A stretch of DNA of 64,000 nucleotides from NCBI RefSeq assembly GCF_009914755.1, contig NC_060926.1; one strand, written 5' to 3'. Position 1 is the stretch's first letter; every line of letters starts with the position of its first letter. This stretch comes from the human T2T-CHM13v2.0 reference genome, Homo sapiens. The position numbers and the translations under genes are program-made. The notes below the pieces were generated by a model, which had not been told where the DNA came from, searched no databases, and worked only from the letters and a program-made list of their open reading frames with translations. This document shows positions 1-13,559 of this stretch, one piece after another.

Positions 1-195
1 GATATTCACAATGCCACCTCAGTTATTCTAGAATATTGAAAATGCCTGATAGAAAATACTTCTTTCATAATAGCAGCAAAGCAGGTAATATATTTAGGAA
101 TAAATTTAATAAGAAATGCTAAAAACCCATATGATGGACACTTTTATGTTTTTAAAAAATCTTCTGGAAGACACAAAAATAGGCTTGGAAAAAAT

Positions 196-360
196 TTCTT
201 AAATGGAATGACTCAACATAATAAAGATGATTTTTCTCTCTAAGTTAATTTATAATTTTAATACATGCCAATAAAAAATTCTTAAATGGGATGACTCAAC
301 ATGATAAAGATTTTTTTTCTCTCTAGGTTAATTTATAATTTTAACACATGCCTATGAAAA
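196..360 (+). repeat. Tandem duplication with an 83-bp period inside the old L1
   Basis: ttcttaaatgg.atgactcaacat...ttaatttataattttaa.acatgcc starts at both 196 and 279. Confidence 0.85.
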
Positions 361-996
361 TACTGACAAGTTTATAATAAAGCTTATATGCATAAATAGA
401 CGTCTAAGAATAACTACCAAAAATGTTGAAAAAAGAATAGCTATGAGGAGTACTATACTGCCCAAATATTTAATGTAAACACTCTATAATTAAAAGAACG
501 TGGTACTGGCACATGAATAGCTGTCAGACCAGTAGAGTAGAATAGACGCCAAAATACATGTAGAAATGTATAAAATATATAGTATCTCAAATCACTGAAA
601 CAAATATGAATTTTTCATAAACGTAGCTGGTACAACTGAATAGCTATTTGGATAAAGATAAAATTAGATCTATGGTTCACATTCTACACACCAATATATA
701 AATTAGGGATCTAAAAATAAAATAAAACTGTAAGTAAAGATGGACAAATTATTTTATGATTTGTTCATAAAAAGGGTTATCTAACTATGACTTAAAAATC
801 TGGATGCAAGAATAGAATGAATTGATAAATTTGATTATACAACAAATAAATCTTTTGCAATGAAAAATTGTAAACAAAGTAAAAATACACTTATAAACAG
901 AGAGAATCTATTTGTATTACATATTATAGCTGAGGGCTAATATTTCCAATACTAGAGAGAGGGGAAACCAAAACTAGGTAGAAAAATGGTCAAAAC

Positions 997-2466
997 ACAT
1001 TCTTCACAGAAATAGAAAAAAATTGCTTTAAAATTCCTATGGAACCAAAAAAGAGCCTGTATAGCCAAGACAATCCTAAGCAAAAAGAACAAAGCTGGAA
1101 GCATCACACTACTCAACTTCAAACTATACTACAAGGCTACCGTAACCAAAACAGCATGGTGCTGGTACAAAAACAGACATGTAGACCAATGGCACAAAAT
1201 AGAGATCTCAGAAATTAAACCTCACAACCATCTGATCTTCAACAAACCTAACAAAAACAATCAATGGGGAAAGGATTCCCTATTTAATAAATGGTGCTGG
1301 GAGAACTGGCTAGCCATATGCAGAAAATTGAGACTGGACCCCTTCCTTACACCTTATACAAAAATTAACTCAAGATGGATTAAAGATTTAAATGTAAAAC
1401 CCAAAACTATAAAAACCATAGAAGAAAATCTGGGCAATACCATTCAGGACATAGGCATGGAAAAAGATCTCATGACAAAACATCAAAAGCAATTGCAACA
1501 AAAGCAAAAATTGACAAATGGGATTTAATTAAACTAAAGAGCTTCTGCACAACAAAAGAAACTATCATCAGACTGAATAGACAACCTACAGAATAGGAAA
1601 AATTTTTGCAATCTGGGCAAAGGACATGAACACACATTTCTCAAAAGAAGACATTTATGTGGCATATGTATATTATATAATACATTATGTGGCATATATA
1701 TAAACTCAACATCACTGATCATTAGAGAAATGCAAATCAAAACCACAGTGAGATACCATCTCACACAGTCAGAATGGCAATTATTAAAACGTTAAGAAAC
1801 AACAGATGATGGTGAGGCTGTGGAGGAATAGGAACGCTTTTTACACTGTTGGTGAAATTAGTTCAACCATTGTGGAAGACAGTGTGGTGATTCCTCAAAG
1901 ACCTAGAACCAGAAATACCATCTGACCCAGAAATCTCATTACCGGGTATATACCCAAAGGAAAATTCATTCTATTATAAAGATATATGCATACACACATT
2001 CATTGCAGGACTATTCACAATCACAAAGACATGGAATCAATCCAAATGCCCATAGTGATAGACTGGATAAAGAAAATGTGATATATATACACCGTGGAAT
2101 ACTGTGCAGCCATAAAAAAGAATGAGATCATGTCCTTTGCAGTGACATGATGGAGCTGGAAGCCATTATCCTCAGCAAACTAACACAGAAACAGAAAACA
2201 CCATGTATTCTCACTTATAAGTAGAAGCTGAACAATGAGAACACATGGACACAGGGAGGGGAACAACACACACTGGGACCCATCAGGGTCTGTGGGGAGG
2301 GAGAACAACAGGATAAATAGCAAATACATGTGGGGCTTAATACCTAGGTGATGGGTTGATAGGTGCAGCAAACCACCATGGCATACATTTACCTATGTAA
2401 CAAACCTGCACATCCTATCCTGCACATGCATCCTGGAACTTAAAATTTAATTTAATTTTAAAAAAA
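997..2466 (+). mobile_element. 5'-truncated L1PA (ORF2 3' end, 3' UTR and polyA)
   Basis: ORF2 remnant [21 protein letters not shown]; TSD gaaaaatg(g/a)tcaaaac at 981-996 and 2467-2482. Confidence 0.9.
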
Positions 2467-3962
2467 GAAAAATGATCAAAACTTATGATAAAACATTCAC
2501 CAAACATAGCATCTAAGCATATGAAAAGATAGTCTACTCATAAGATAAATGCAAATTAAAACTGAGATATAATTTCTCAACTATCAGATTAGCAAAATTA
2601 AAAAATATACCAACACTTTCTGGTGATTACCCTATGGGTAAACAAACGCTCTCACATTAAGCTTGTGGGAATGCAAAAAATAAAAGAACATTTTGCAAAA
2701 CAAAACTATACATGCATTTACCTTTTGATCCAACAATACAACCTTTAAAATGTATCCTAAAAATACGTTTTCAACAATACGTAAGTACATATGCACTAGA
2801 TTACTTACTGCAGCATTGTTTATGACTGCAAAATATTGTAAACTACCAAAATAGCCATGTATAGAAAAATTATTGAATAATCTATGGTATATCTACACAA
2901 AGGAATACTATGCAGCTGAATAAATGGATGAAGAAGTTGGTTATTAATTAATATAGAGTGATTTCCAGGATATATTGTTAGATGAAAAAGGCAAAGTACA
3001 AAAGAATATCTATAGTATACTATAGATATTCAGAAGTTTATGTCAGAAGTAGGAAGGAAAGGGAGATAAACCAGAAACTAAGGAAATTAGTTACCTAGAG
3101 GAGGTAATGTGAATGGTGTAGGAAGGGTGAGGATGGTGGGTAAAAAGTGAAAAAAATGGGGAAGTGACTATTTTCTGAGTATACCTTTTAATATAGTTCT
3201 TAAAAAATCAACAAAATGGAGAGCAAAACCCTAAAACAAAATACAAACAAAAAGAAATAAACCCACATGTATTTCAAGTGAAATACATAACCACACTAAA
3301 TGGATGGGGGAAAATAACTAAACCAAGTAACTTTTGAGCACAGTATTTTGGCCATGTATCCTGTGGATGAAAAACCACCATAACTGCAGCAAATACTGAA
3401 CTCTAGTTAGTAGGTTTGTTTTTTGCAGTGGTATTAGTGTATTCGCAATGTTGAAACTACTTTCTGTGTATTTTATTTAGAGTTGAGCAAAATAAATAAA
3501 TATATTGTGAATGATGAGATGAGGTTACTCATCCTCAGAAAGGGAGTTACAAATATGGAAGAGGGAAGGCTGGAATGAACCCTATGTTGTTGCATTGGAA
3601 TAGAGTTGTGAACTCATGGATTTTAATTGATCTGTGGAAAGATAAAGAAATGTGTAGGGTTTTGTGATTGTATGTGGGGTGTATGTGCGTTTCCTAGACC
3701 TGTCTGTTGAAATAGGCTACAAGCAATGACATCCCAATACCAATGAGCACATCTAGTATCCACATGTTAGTTTCTATGTATCATTCCCAATTGAAAGGAA
3801 CTCTCTTTGTTCTCTTTGCAGTACTCTCTTCTTCAAGGGGTGGGGTAGGATAGTACAATATGAGCCTAGAGAATATTATTCACCTAAAAAAATAAGAACA
3901 TGCCCAAATAACAATGGAGACATGTAAAAAAGACAAAAAGCCACCTCGAAGGGTCTCCCTGG

Positions 3963-4781
3963 TGAGAGGTGAAGCCAGCTGGACTTCCTGGGTTGAGTGG
4001 GGACTTGGGGAACTTTTTTGTCTAGCTAGAGGATTGTAAATGCCCCAATCAGCACTCTGTAAAAATGCACCAATCATTGCTCTGTGTCTAGCTAGAGGAT
4101 TGTAAATGCCCCAATCAGCACTCTGTAAAAACACACCAATCAGCACTCTGTGTCTAGCTAAAGGAATGTAAATGCACCAATCAGCACTCTGTAAAAACGC
4201 ACCAATCAGCACTCTGTGTCTAGCTAACGGATTATAAAGGCACCAGTCAGCACTCTGTGAAAATGCACCAATCAGTGCTCTGTGTCTAGCTAAAGGATTA
4301 TAAATGCACCAATCAGTACTCTGTGAAAACACACCAATCAGCGCTCTGTCTCTAGCTAAAGGATTGTAAATGCACCAATCAGCACTCTGTAAAATGGGCC
4401 CATTAGCACTCTGTAAGATGGACCAATCAGCAGGATATGGGCAGGGCCAAATAAGGGAATAAAAGCTGGCCACCCGAGCCAGTAGCTGCAACCCACTCGG
4501 GTCCCCTTCCACGCTGTGGAAGGTTTGTTCTTTCGCTCTTCTCAATAAATGTTGCTGCTGCTCACTCTTGGGTCCGCACTACCTTTAAGAGCTGTAACAC
4601 TTACTGGGAAGGTCTGCGGCTTCACTAATGAAGTCAGCAAGACCACGAACCCGCTGGGAGGAACAAACAACTCCGGACACACCATCTTTAAGAGCTGTAA
4701 CACTCACCGTGAGAGTCCGGGGCTTCATTCTTGAAGTCAGCAAGACCAAGAATCCACCGGAAGGAACCAATTCTGGACACG
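3963..4781 (+). mobile_element. LTR12-family solo LTR (HERV9)
   Basis: Starts TGAGAGGTGAAGCCAGCTGG and ends ctggacacg. 4-bp TSD CTGG at 3959-3962 and 4782-4785. CCAAT repeat array and duplicated U5 unit. Confidence 0.93.
4021..4430 (+). promoter_or_regulatory. LTR12 U3 tandem array, six 66-bp units with 11 CCAAT (NF-Y) boxes
   Basis: tctagcta unit starts at 4021, 4087, 4153, 4219, 4285 and 4351; TATA-like AATAAA at 4458-4463. Confidence 0.8.
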
Positions 4782-5355
4782 CTGGGACAATTTGATCACT
4801 ACCAAATCCTTTGAATAAAATGAGAATATATGAGTCCATGTTGTGAAATAATGAATTAACAAACTAATTGAATGAGTGAGAAGAGAAAGTTTTTCTTTGG
4901 TAGAATGCAAGCAAATAAATGTAGAAAGAAAACACAATTAGAAAATTCACTACAGAAGCCATCAGCAATCACCAAGAATCTCTGATGTGTACTAAAATGC
5001 GTATGCAAAAGTATAATAAGAAATGGGTTATTTACATAGCCTCAAATTCTCTGTCCATAAGCTACTTATTGATTTCAAAGGGGAAAATAGTTCACAGTGA
5101 TAAGCCTGCCAAACGCTGCCTTAGCCAATGTGTTAGTATTACCAGTAATGAGACAACAAATGCCTTGTGAGATGCTGCAAATAACATACATCACTTATGT
5201 AGCATTACTGCCAAAAATTTAAATCTGAGTCTAATCATGAGGAAATATAAAACACACACATGCACATATACACACAACTGAGATACCTTTAAAAAATGTG
5301 AAGGTCATGCAAGGCAAAGAAAGATTGAGATATTGTCCCACATTAAAGAAAACCA

Positions 5356-5658
5356 TCCAGGCGCAGTGGCTCACGCCTGTAATTCCAACACTTTGGGAGG
5401 CCTAGGTGGGCGGATCACAAGGTCAGGAGTTCAAGAGCAGCCTGGCCAAGACTGTGAAACCCCATCTCTACTAAAATTACAAAAAAAAAAAAAAAAATTA
5501 GCGTGGTGGCGGGCGCCTGTAATCCCAGCTACCCAGGAGACTGAGACGGAGAATTGCTTGAGCCCGAGAGGTGGAGGTTGCAGCAAGCCGAGATGGCACC
5601 ACTGCACTCCAGCCTGGGTGACAGAGAGAGACTCTGTCTCAAAAAGAAAAAAAAGAAA
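5356..5658 (+). mobile_element. AluS
   Basis: Dimeric Alu; TSD aaagaaaacca at 5345-5355 and 5659-5669. Confidence 0.92.
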
Positions 5659-7189
5659 AAAGAAAACCAAAAAGATGAAAAGATGCAATACATGATCCTA
5701 GGTAGAAAAGTAGACCAGAACAAAAAATGTTTTTTCCTTTTACTATGAAATTCATTACTGGAACAAATGGTAGAATTTGTATGAGGTCGGTAATTAGATA
5801 GCAGTATTAATATCCATGTTAATTTCCTGATTTGGACCATTATACTGTGGTTATGTAAGAAAATGTCCTTGTGTTTAGTAAGTAACCCCTGAAATATTTA
5901 GGGGTCAATGTGCCACATGTCTGTAACTTTCTCCCAAATGGTTCAGAGTATAATAATATGTGTATATAGACAGACTTATAAAGTAAATATGATAAATTGT
6001 TGAAGTTTAGGGAATTTTGGTGACAGAGATATGCAGTTCTTTGTACTATTCCAGTAACACTCTTGTGAATCATACATTGTTTCAAAATAAAAATGTTTTG
6101 AAATCATATTTTGAACATCGGTGGGGCTTTCCATTTACAAGCCTTATATTGTTTCTAGCACCTGCATGATGACATATGAGAGATACTATTTAGTCCGTTC
6201 AAAGGAAACATAGTTTGATAAAGTTTTTTTTCAATGTTTATTATAAAGAAGAAACAGCAGAAACATTCTGGAATATTCATAAAAGCCTATTAAAATAAAT
6301 GAACAAATAACTAAATGTAAACATACAGGGTGTGTGCTATTCTTTGTAATTAAATTTTCTACTACCACAAGGCATAACTGAGTCACTTTCCCTAGCATTG
6401 GTGTGTTGGATTTGTGCAATTCCATTGGTCACCTCTAGTTTTCCTGGGACAAATTGCAGACTTTTACAAGTCTTAGTAGAAAACACAAGGAAAAGGTGTG
6501 GAGCACAGCCAAGTAGACATGGACCAAGACCAACAGCAAGTGAATCCTAACTGCCTTTCATAGACTTTGAACATATAATAATATATCTTGACACAGTTAT
6601 TAAAGGGACTGAAGTGATTGGAAATCGTTGTCTTGGTTTAAAAAAACTTTGTGGGGAAATATGGGTTAGAACCAAGTTTAAGAGGGGTGAAGAAAAAGTT
6701 TTTATTATGGCAAAGTATGAAGGATATTTTGGAGTAAGAGACTGGCCAATGCCAAAGATTTGATAGTAAGATTAAGCAAGTGATTTTCTGGGCATGCTAA
6801 ACAGGTTTGCCTTTGCTTAAAAACACAGTGACATAAAATATGCAGTTGGGAAAATAAACAAGTATTGCCTCTTTGCCATATGTTTACTAGCAATATATAA
6901 GTTCACCATGAAGCAGAAACAAATTGTGTTTCCTTTCAGTCACAGGAATAATTCTTCAAAAGTCAGGTTTAAAGATGAATTTTTTTTATTTCATAACAAT
7001 TTCTTCTTGAATCCATCAATTACTCCTCGACATCAAGAATATATCTTTCTTCATTCATGTTTCCCAAATCAAAACATACTATTGGGCATAGAGTTTGTGT
7101 GCTTGCTTGTTTCTTTGTTTAGTTGTATTGAATTAAATTCTGCTTAACAAAAATATGGTCATATTTGTCTGCTTATTTATAACATTTAG

Positions 7190-7310
7190 GAAACCATTCA
7201 GGCAGCATTTGAATCAGCCCGCATCTATGCAGCTACCTTTGAAAAGTTCCAGATATTCTTCAAGGAAAATGAAAGTCTTGATTTACAAGCTCTTAAACTT
7301 CAGGAACCTG
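7190..7310 (+). CDS. DNAH6: Dynein heavy chain exon A (ETIQAAFESARIY...LKLQEP), 121 nt, phase 0/1
   Basis: tttag|GAA...CCTG|gtaact; joins the next exon in frame (G+AT=Asp). Confidence 0.88.
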
Positions 7311-9084
7311 GTAACTTGTCCATTTGTACTTACTAATTATTTTTATAGGGATACTGAGATTTGTTGTTTTTTAGGATTCTGTTTGGTGGTGTCTGGGGAC
7401 ACAAATGGTAGCCCAAAAGAGTTGGCCTGACATAAGGCAAGAGTTAATTCATTTCTAGGTTATTTTCTATAGAATCACTTTTTTCCTTTCTCCTTATTCA
7501 GTATTACTTTTATTTCAGGATATTATGGAAAGCAATTCCTTCCTAATCGCTTATCATTTAGTTTAAAGTTGTATCAGTGCTAAGAGTATATAGCCTGCAT
7601 ATGAGAAGTTGTTGAAAGGAATGGATACCTCTACCAATTCCATTAAATAAAGTTTACATAAGCTTTTCTATCTCAGGAACTTATTCTTTTTTCTTCTGGG
7701 ACTACATTAAGATCTGGTGGGTGTGAATCAACAACTCTTAGTCATGAAATAAGACCTAGGAGAAAACTGTTTTATTTCACTGTCTTTAACAATAGAAGAT
7801 AATCTACAATATCCAAGTGCAATTTCAGGCAAGCAAGTTCTCAGAAAATTATAAAAAATAAGTATATTTGTTTGCTATTTTAAATCATGATGCATGTCTT
7901 TCATATTCTTTTTTATTTCATGAGCTTCCTTTATTTTCTTATATATAAATATAATTACAATTACATTGATACTTTGCTCTATGAACCAGCACTAATTTTT
8001 TCTTTATGTTTTTATGTTTTTCTTTCAATTCCTTATTGTTTACTATGCTGAAGTATTCTTAAGTTAAATAATTCAATATGCATCTCTAAAACATGTTTCT
8101 ACAGAATGAAAATAGTATCATCCTCCACCGAAATAGCAATTCCTTAATATCTTAACTTATTCCATTTTCAAAATTCCTCAAGTAAAGCAGCTTCCAGATG
8201 ATTTGGCCAGGGATCAAGTCCAAGATCAGTCATTGTATCTGATTGTTATGTCCCTTAAATTTTAAAAATCTGAAACTGACTCCTTTTTTTCAAGATACTA
8301 AGTCGTTAGACCAAAATGTGGCCCCAATTTAGAAAACAAAATTTAGACAAGCCTACTTCCACTGTTCTTTGACAACACTATCACATGGAGACTTAGTGTG
8401 TGCTGAACAGAAGCATACCGACAGGGACGTGAGGACATGATGCCTCCTGTGCTATGTCATGGCATCACAGTGGCAGCAGGGTATGGAGCCTGGAATTTTG
8501 GCACAAGAAGGAGGCCTGATCAAAATAGCCAGTTCTAATCCCTGAGCTCTTCTACTCATATCCTGAGCCCAAGGCTTCCTAGCCTCCTGCTACCACAGTC
8601 CTCACGTTGGATAACTGTGATCCCTCAGCAAGTTCCCATCAGCATGCAGTCCCCTGACTCCCAGGTTGCTCTTCAGCTAGTCCTATCTTGTCTTGCCAGT
8701 CCTGCCTTTGAAACCCAATCCTGGAACCAGGTCTCCCAGTCCCAACACTCTGATGGCTGCGACTTTGGAGTACCTTGGCCTGGACTCCTAACCTCTGTGC
8801 TCCTCCTCTGTTTGGAACCCCCAGTACGTCCTAAACCACTAAATCCAGTTGTTTGCCAGAGGGTTATAGAGGTGGGCTTTGCCCTTGGATATCAACCTTA
8901 CCTGTTATTTGATATCCTCAAACGACTACAACATTGCTTAGCACATATTGTAGATCCTTAATAAATGTCTAACTGAACTTTTAGCCAGACTGCTCCCTGT
9001 CCTGCCTCAGAGAACGACCAGCAGATAGGTTCTGGCTTCCTGACAAGCAGCCACATCTCACCACCAAGTTCCTATAAATGTCAG

Positions 9085-9330
9085 CATTTACTAATAATTT
9101 CTACACTTTACTGAGCACTTACAGCATGATAGATACTGTTCTAAGTAATATTTAGACATTTCATCCAATCCTCACAATTCTGAGGAGAGTATTAGTATTA
9201 CCATTTTATAAAAGGAAAACAGAGATCTATAGAGATAAGGCAACCTCAGGATTAAACAGCTAGTGAGCAGTTTAGATCTAATTTCTCTGACTTGAAAGCT
9301 TGTCTGCTTAACCGTTTTACGTACTGCCTC
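9085..9330 (-). mobile_element. MIR
   Basis: MIR core-like aatcctcacaa...ccattttata..ggaaaacagag; boundaries approximate. Confidence 0.65.
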
Positions 9331-9332
9331 TC

Positions 9333-9635
<303 letters not shown>

Positions 9636-10979
9636 TCAACTATCGGCTTTAATCTTTTATTCCTTTTTGGCTATGTGGCCATAGCCAAGTCATATGACCT
9701 CAATTTCTCTATCTATGAAATAAGAGTTTTGGACCAAATAAATGGTTCCCAAAGTTGTGTTCATTGGCACTGTTCTGAGGGATAATTACATGATACCATG
9801 AAAAAAGATGGTGCTCAAATAAATTTGGAAAATACTAAACAGCGCAGCATTATACGGGTATCCTTACCATACGACTTATCAGATCATTTAACATCTTAAT
9901 TTAGTCGGCTTTCAAAAATACACAAATCAAAACCTTCTGAAGTGAGTAAGGGAGGTAATTGCTGTTTCTGTCTTATATTATGAGGAAGCTGAAGCTCGGA
10001 AAGACTAAGTAACTTTCCCAAGGCCACACATGGGTTAAAGACCTGAGCTCAGGTCTTCCAATACTTTCTCTGGTGTGTTCTTTATACTATATCAAACTAC
10101 CCCTTATAATTGGGAGAGGAGATGGCATGAATAAAGGCAGGAAACAGCACCCCTTTCTCTTTGGGGTGGTGGAGGAAGATTATGGAAGGAGGAAAAAGGG
10201 CAGACAGTAAGGAAATCAATTTGACCCAAATGTAGGAGGTAATTAGAAATAAAATTAGCTAAATTTTTAGAGGCCCAGAGGGTACAGAATTTTGAAAGAC
10301 AAGCAGAGAAGTTTAGAACTGTATATGCATTAGAGAGAGAGCTATTTTTGACTGATAGTATGATGAGAGTATATTCAAGGATAATGAGGTTTCCATTGGT
10401 TCCAGATGGATTGGATGAGGGAGGAAATGGAGGCAAGAAGATTATCAAAATGCAACTGCAGCATATGCAAATTGACAAAGGCCTTGACCATGATGTAGGG
10501 TGCAGGAATGGCAGAGAGATGTGTTGGGAAGAGAAACAGAGATAATTTTAGCTATGTGTGATCTCTTATATTTCAAATTTTGTTGTTGTTTATATTCTCA
10601 AAATGCTTTACTTTGAGACACCATGTGGGAGAGAACATTTAGATTAATCCCAACTTGAAACCAACCTAACTCTGAAATCTAGTCAATTCCAGACTAGATT
10701 CTCTAATGCACTTACAAGTTATTTTCATCTGTCATCTCTTCATAGGAGCCAGAAGACATATTTACATTATAAAATATTAGTTTCTTTATCACAAGAATAA
10801 AATCCTATAAAGCAATCCAATTAGCATTTTAAAGTTACATGAGATACTCTAAGTACAGATAATAACATTATACATATATGTGTAAATTTATCAATGCAAT
10901 GATTTTTAATATATTTTGTAATGATCTTTTAAAATCCAATATGGTATATTTTATGCTTTATGTGAATTTTTTTATGTAG

Positions 10980-11131
10980 ATATTAACTTTTTTAGTGAAC
11001 AACTGGAAAAATATCACAAACAGCACAAGGACGCAGTAGCGCTCAGACCCACCAGAAATGTAGGATTGCTGCTCATTGATACTAGGCTTCTAAGAGAAAA
11101 ATTAATTCCATCACCTTTGCGATGCTTAGAG
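10980..11131 (+). CDS. DNAH6: Exon B (DINFFSEQLEKY...SPLRCLE), 152 nt, phase 1/0
   Basis: tgtag|AT...GAG|gtaact; open frame. Confidence 0.9.
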
Positions 11132-11650
11132 GTAACTATAAACTAGAAAAAAAAATAATTATTCCTCTACAATTATTTTATGATTTTTCTACTGCACAAA
11201 AACCTAGTATTTATTTTATAGTATTGCAAATATAAAAATTAACATAAGACTATTGGACATCCTTAATTTCTAAGAAAAGCTCTATAGTCTTTTTGTCACA
11301 AGCATAATCAGCTTTTTAGATGAGATAATGGAGGGGACTGCAGGCCTCACACTGGCCTCTTGCTCCTACTCCTTTTTCCATTGTCGGAGCATTTCAAGAC
11401 CTGCAGAGAGGATACTACCATAACAGCTCAATATCCTAGAGGGAGTGATGGTTGATTCTAGACCACCGAGATCAAGTTTAGGAAATCATTTTCTGATCTG
11501 GAATTGTCCCTACAGGTCTGATTATGTTTTGGTAAGTTATAGAACTAGGGAAATTTCTGTAATAAGTTTCAGAACCAATACAATAATTTCCTTTGGAGCC
11601 AGAGTATACTTGTGTCTTCCCAATGCCCACAGAAAGACAATGATATAAAA

Positions 11651-11868
11651 CAGGAATTGGAAAACTATAGCCCACAGAGCCAACCCAGCCTGCCTCTTGT
11701 TTTGTATACAGTTTTATCAGAACACAGCCATGACAATGGTTTACATATCATCTATGGCTGCTTTCTTCCTACAAGGACAAAGTTTAGTAGTTGTGACAGA
11801 GACTGTATTGACTGCAAATCTAAAATATTTACTATCTGGCCCTTATAGAAAACATTTTCTGGCCCCTG
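11651..11868 (+). mobile_element. MER58A (hAT-Charlie MITE)
   Basis: cagg..aaactatagccc...aaaatatttactatctggccc...cccctg matches the recalled consensus. Confidence 0.8.
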
Positions 11869-12452
11869 GTAGATGATAGAAGATAGAGCACTGTATAAAA
11901 AAGAGTGCAGACCTGAGTGCTAGTATTTTCTGTTATTAATTAATTGTATGGCATTGGGCTTCCTTCTAGAGTTTTGCTTCTTCATCTGGTAAAAAAAAGA
12001 AATATATATATAATTATGTATATAATTGGAGCAAATTTAATTCAATTTCAACAAGCACTTTTTAGCTACTGTATGCTCAAGAAATACTTGGATATGTATT
12101 TACTGTAAGCCCAAGAAAACTGAACTCAAGCTGGCTTAAGCAATCAGGAGAGTTATTGGCATATGTATCTAAAAAGTCCAGAGATTGGGTCGATATCAAG
12201 GAGGTATGATCTAGTGGCTCAGTGGTGTTACCAAGGAACCAATTATTTCTTTCTCTTTCCTGAGCCTCCTTATGTGCAGGCTTCATCCTAAGGCATTTGT
12301 AAAGTGATTGTCAAAAGCTCCACAAGCCAATTATTTGTTTGTATGGAGAGAGACAGAGAAAGCCTGGGGTTCTGAGTACACGTCTCTCTCAGCCATAAAT
12401 AAAAGTGTGGGCCTTTATCTGATTGAATCAACTAAAGTCAGAGGTTCACACT

Positions 12453-12813
12453 TGATATGGTTTAGATTTGTGTGCCCACCCAAATCCCACCTTGAATTGT
12501 AATCCCCAGGTGTAAAGGGAGGAACCTGATAGAAAGTGATTGGATTATGGGGGTGGTTTCCCCTATGCTGTTCTCCTGACAGTAAGTGAATTCTCACAAG
12601 ATCTGATGGTTTTATAAATCGTGGTTTTTCCTGCACTCTCACATACTTCTTCCTGCTGCCTTGTGAAGAAGGTGCCTTGCTTCCCCCTTCACCTTCTGCC
12701 ATGATTGTAAGTTTCCTGAAGCCTCCCCAGCCATGCTGAACTGTGAGTCAATTAAACTTGTTTCCTTTATAAATTACCCAGTCTCGGGCAGTTCTTTATA
12801 GTAGCGTGAAAAT
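12453..12813 (+). mobile_element. THE1D-like MaLR LTR with clipped 3' end, nested in an older MLT1-like LTR
   Basis: tgatatggttt...ccagccatgctgaactgtgagtcaattaaac...cagttctttatag. Confidence 0.85.
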
Positions 12814-13249
12814 CTTAATCTGATCAGTTTGGCCAAAAAAGCCATGTTCCTATTTGCCAAGTCATCAGTCAGACTGCATATTTGTTTCTGAAGGAGAGAT
12901 CAAATTCCCCCAAACTGCATGGCTAGCGCCCAACATGAAAGGAGTGGGACTGATGCTGGACAGGGCAGCACAATGTCCACTACATAGGACAAAGAAGCAG
13001 AAAGCATACTTGCAAAATATTAGAGCATTTAGGGAAAATTTTTGGTAAGCTGTGGAAATGATCTTCAAAACCTGGCCTTCCTGTTGGCTCATTTAACTAG
13101 CAGTGATTTAAAGAGAAAAAAAGTCTCTTCGTATTCACTGCTGCTTCCAATACCTGCTGATTTAACAAATCCAATTAGGATTTGTCTGAAATACATAATA
13201 AAATGAAAATATTCGACTATTTACAATTCACACGGTGTTTCTTTCTTAG

Positions 13250-13402
13250 GTGCTAAATTTTATGCTTCCTCGTCAAAGCAAGAAAAAAGTGGATGCCATT
13301 ATCTTTGAGGCACAAGATGCAGAGTATAAACTTGAGTTTGTTCCAACTACTACCACAGAATATGTTCATAGCTTATTATTTCTTGATGAAATTCAGGAAC
13401 GG
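13250..13402 (+). CDS. DNAH6: Exon C (VLNFMLPRQ...DEIQER), 153 nt
   Basis: cttag|GTG...CGG|gtgagt. Confidence 0.92.
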
Positions 13403-13559
13403 GTGAGTTGATTATCTCATATAACTCAATATTCCAGATCTTATAGTAGGAAGGAAGACATAGGACAAGAAAAAGTGAAGGACTAAGGGGCAAAAGACAG
13501 CTGTCAAATATCAGAAACACTTTCAAAGTAAGTGGATGTTGTACATCACAGGAATAAAG

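Larger units (their letters stand above)
40..6095 (+). mobile_element. Old L1M (L1MC-like) ORF2 end and 3' UTR, interrupted by L1PA, LTR12 and Alu insertions
   Basis: Degenerate L1 ORF2 sequence resumes on each side of the nested inserts. L1MC-type 3' UTR motifs are present and it ends at aaaataaaaa near 6090. Confidence 0.65.

Noticed and set aside
4021-4430. Regularly spaced repeats resembling a CRISPR array
   Set aside because: The units are fully tandem with no unique spacers, lie within an ERV9 LTR in primate DNA, and have no cas genes nearby.
3880-4545. 221-aa minus-strand ORF with 22-aa repeats (ADWCIYNPLARHRALIG...)
   Set aside because: It is the antisense reading of the 66-bp LTR12 repeat, which stays in frame because 66 is divisible by 3. 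It starts at TTG and there is no evidence it is a gene.
5333-5840. Alu-derived ORFs here and at 9417, 16159, 23100, 38937 and 60344
   Set aside because: These are typical Alu translations with no coding evidence.
1-7189. Upstream DNAH6 exon or native promoter
   Set aside because: The region is almost entirely L1, LTR12 and Alu, with no CpG island or dynein-like exon visible.
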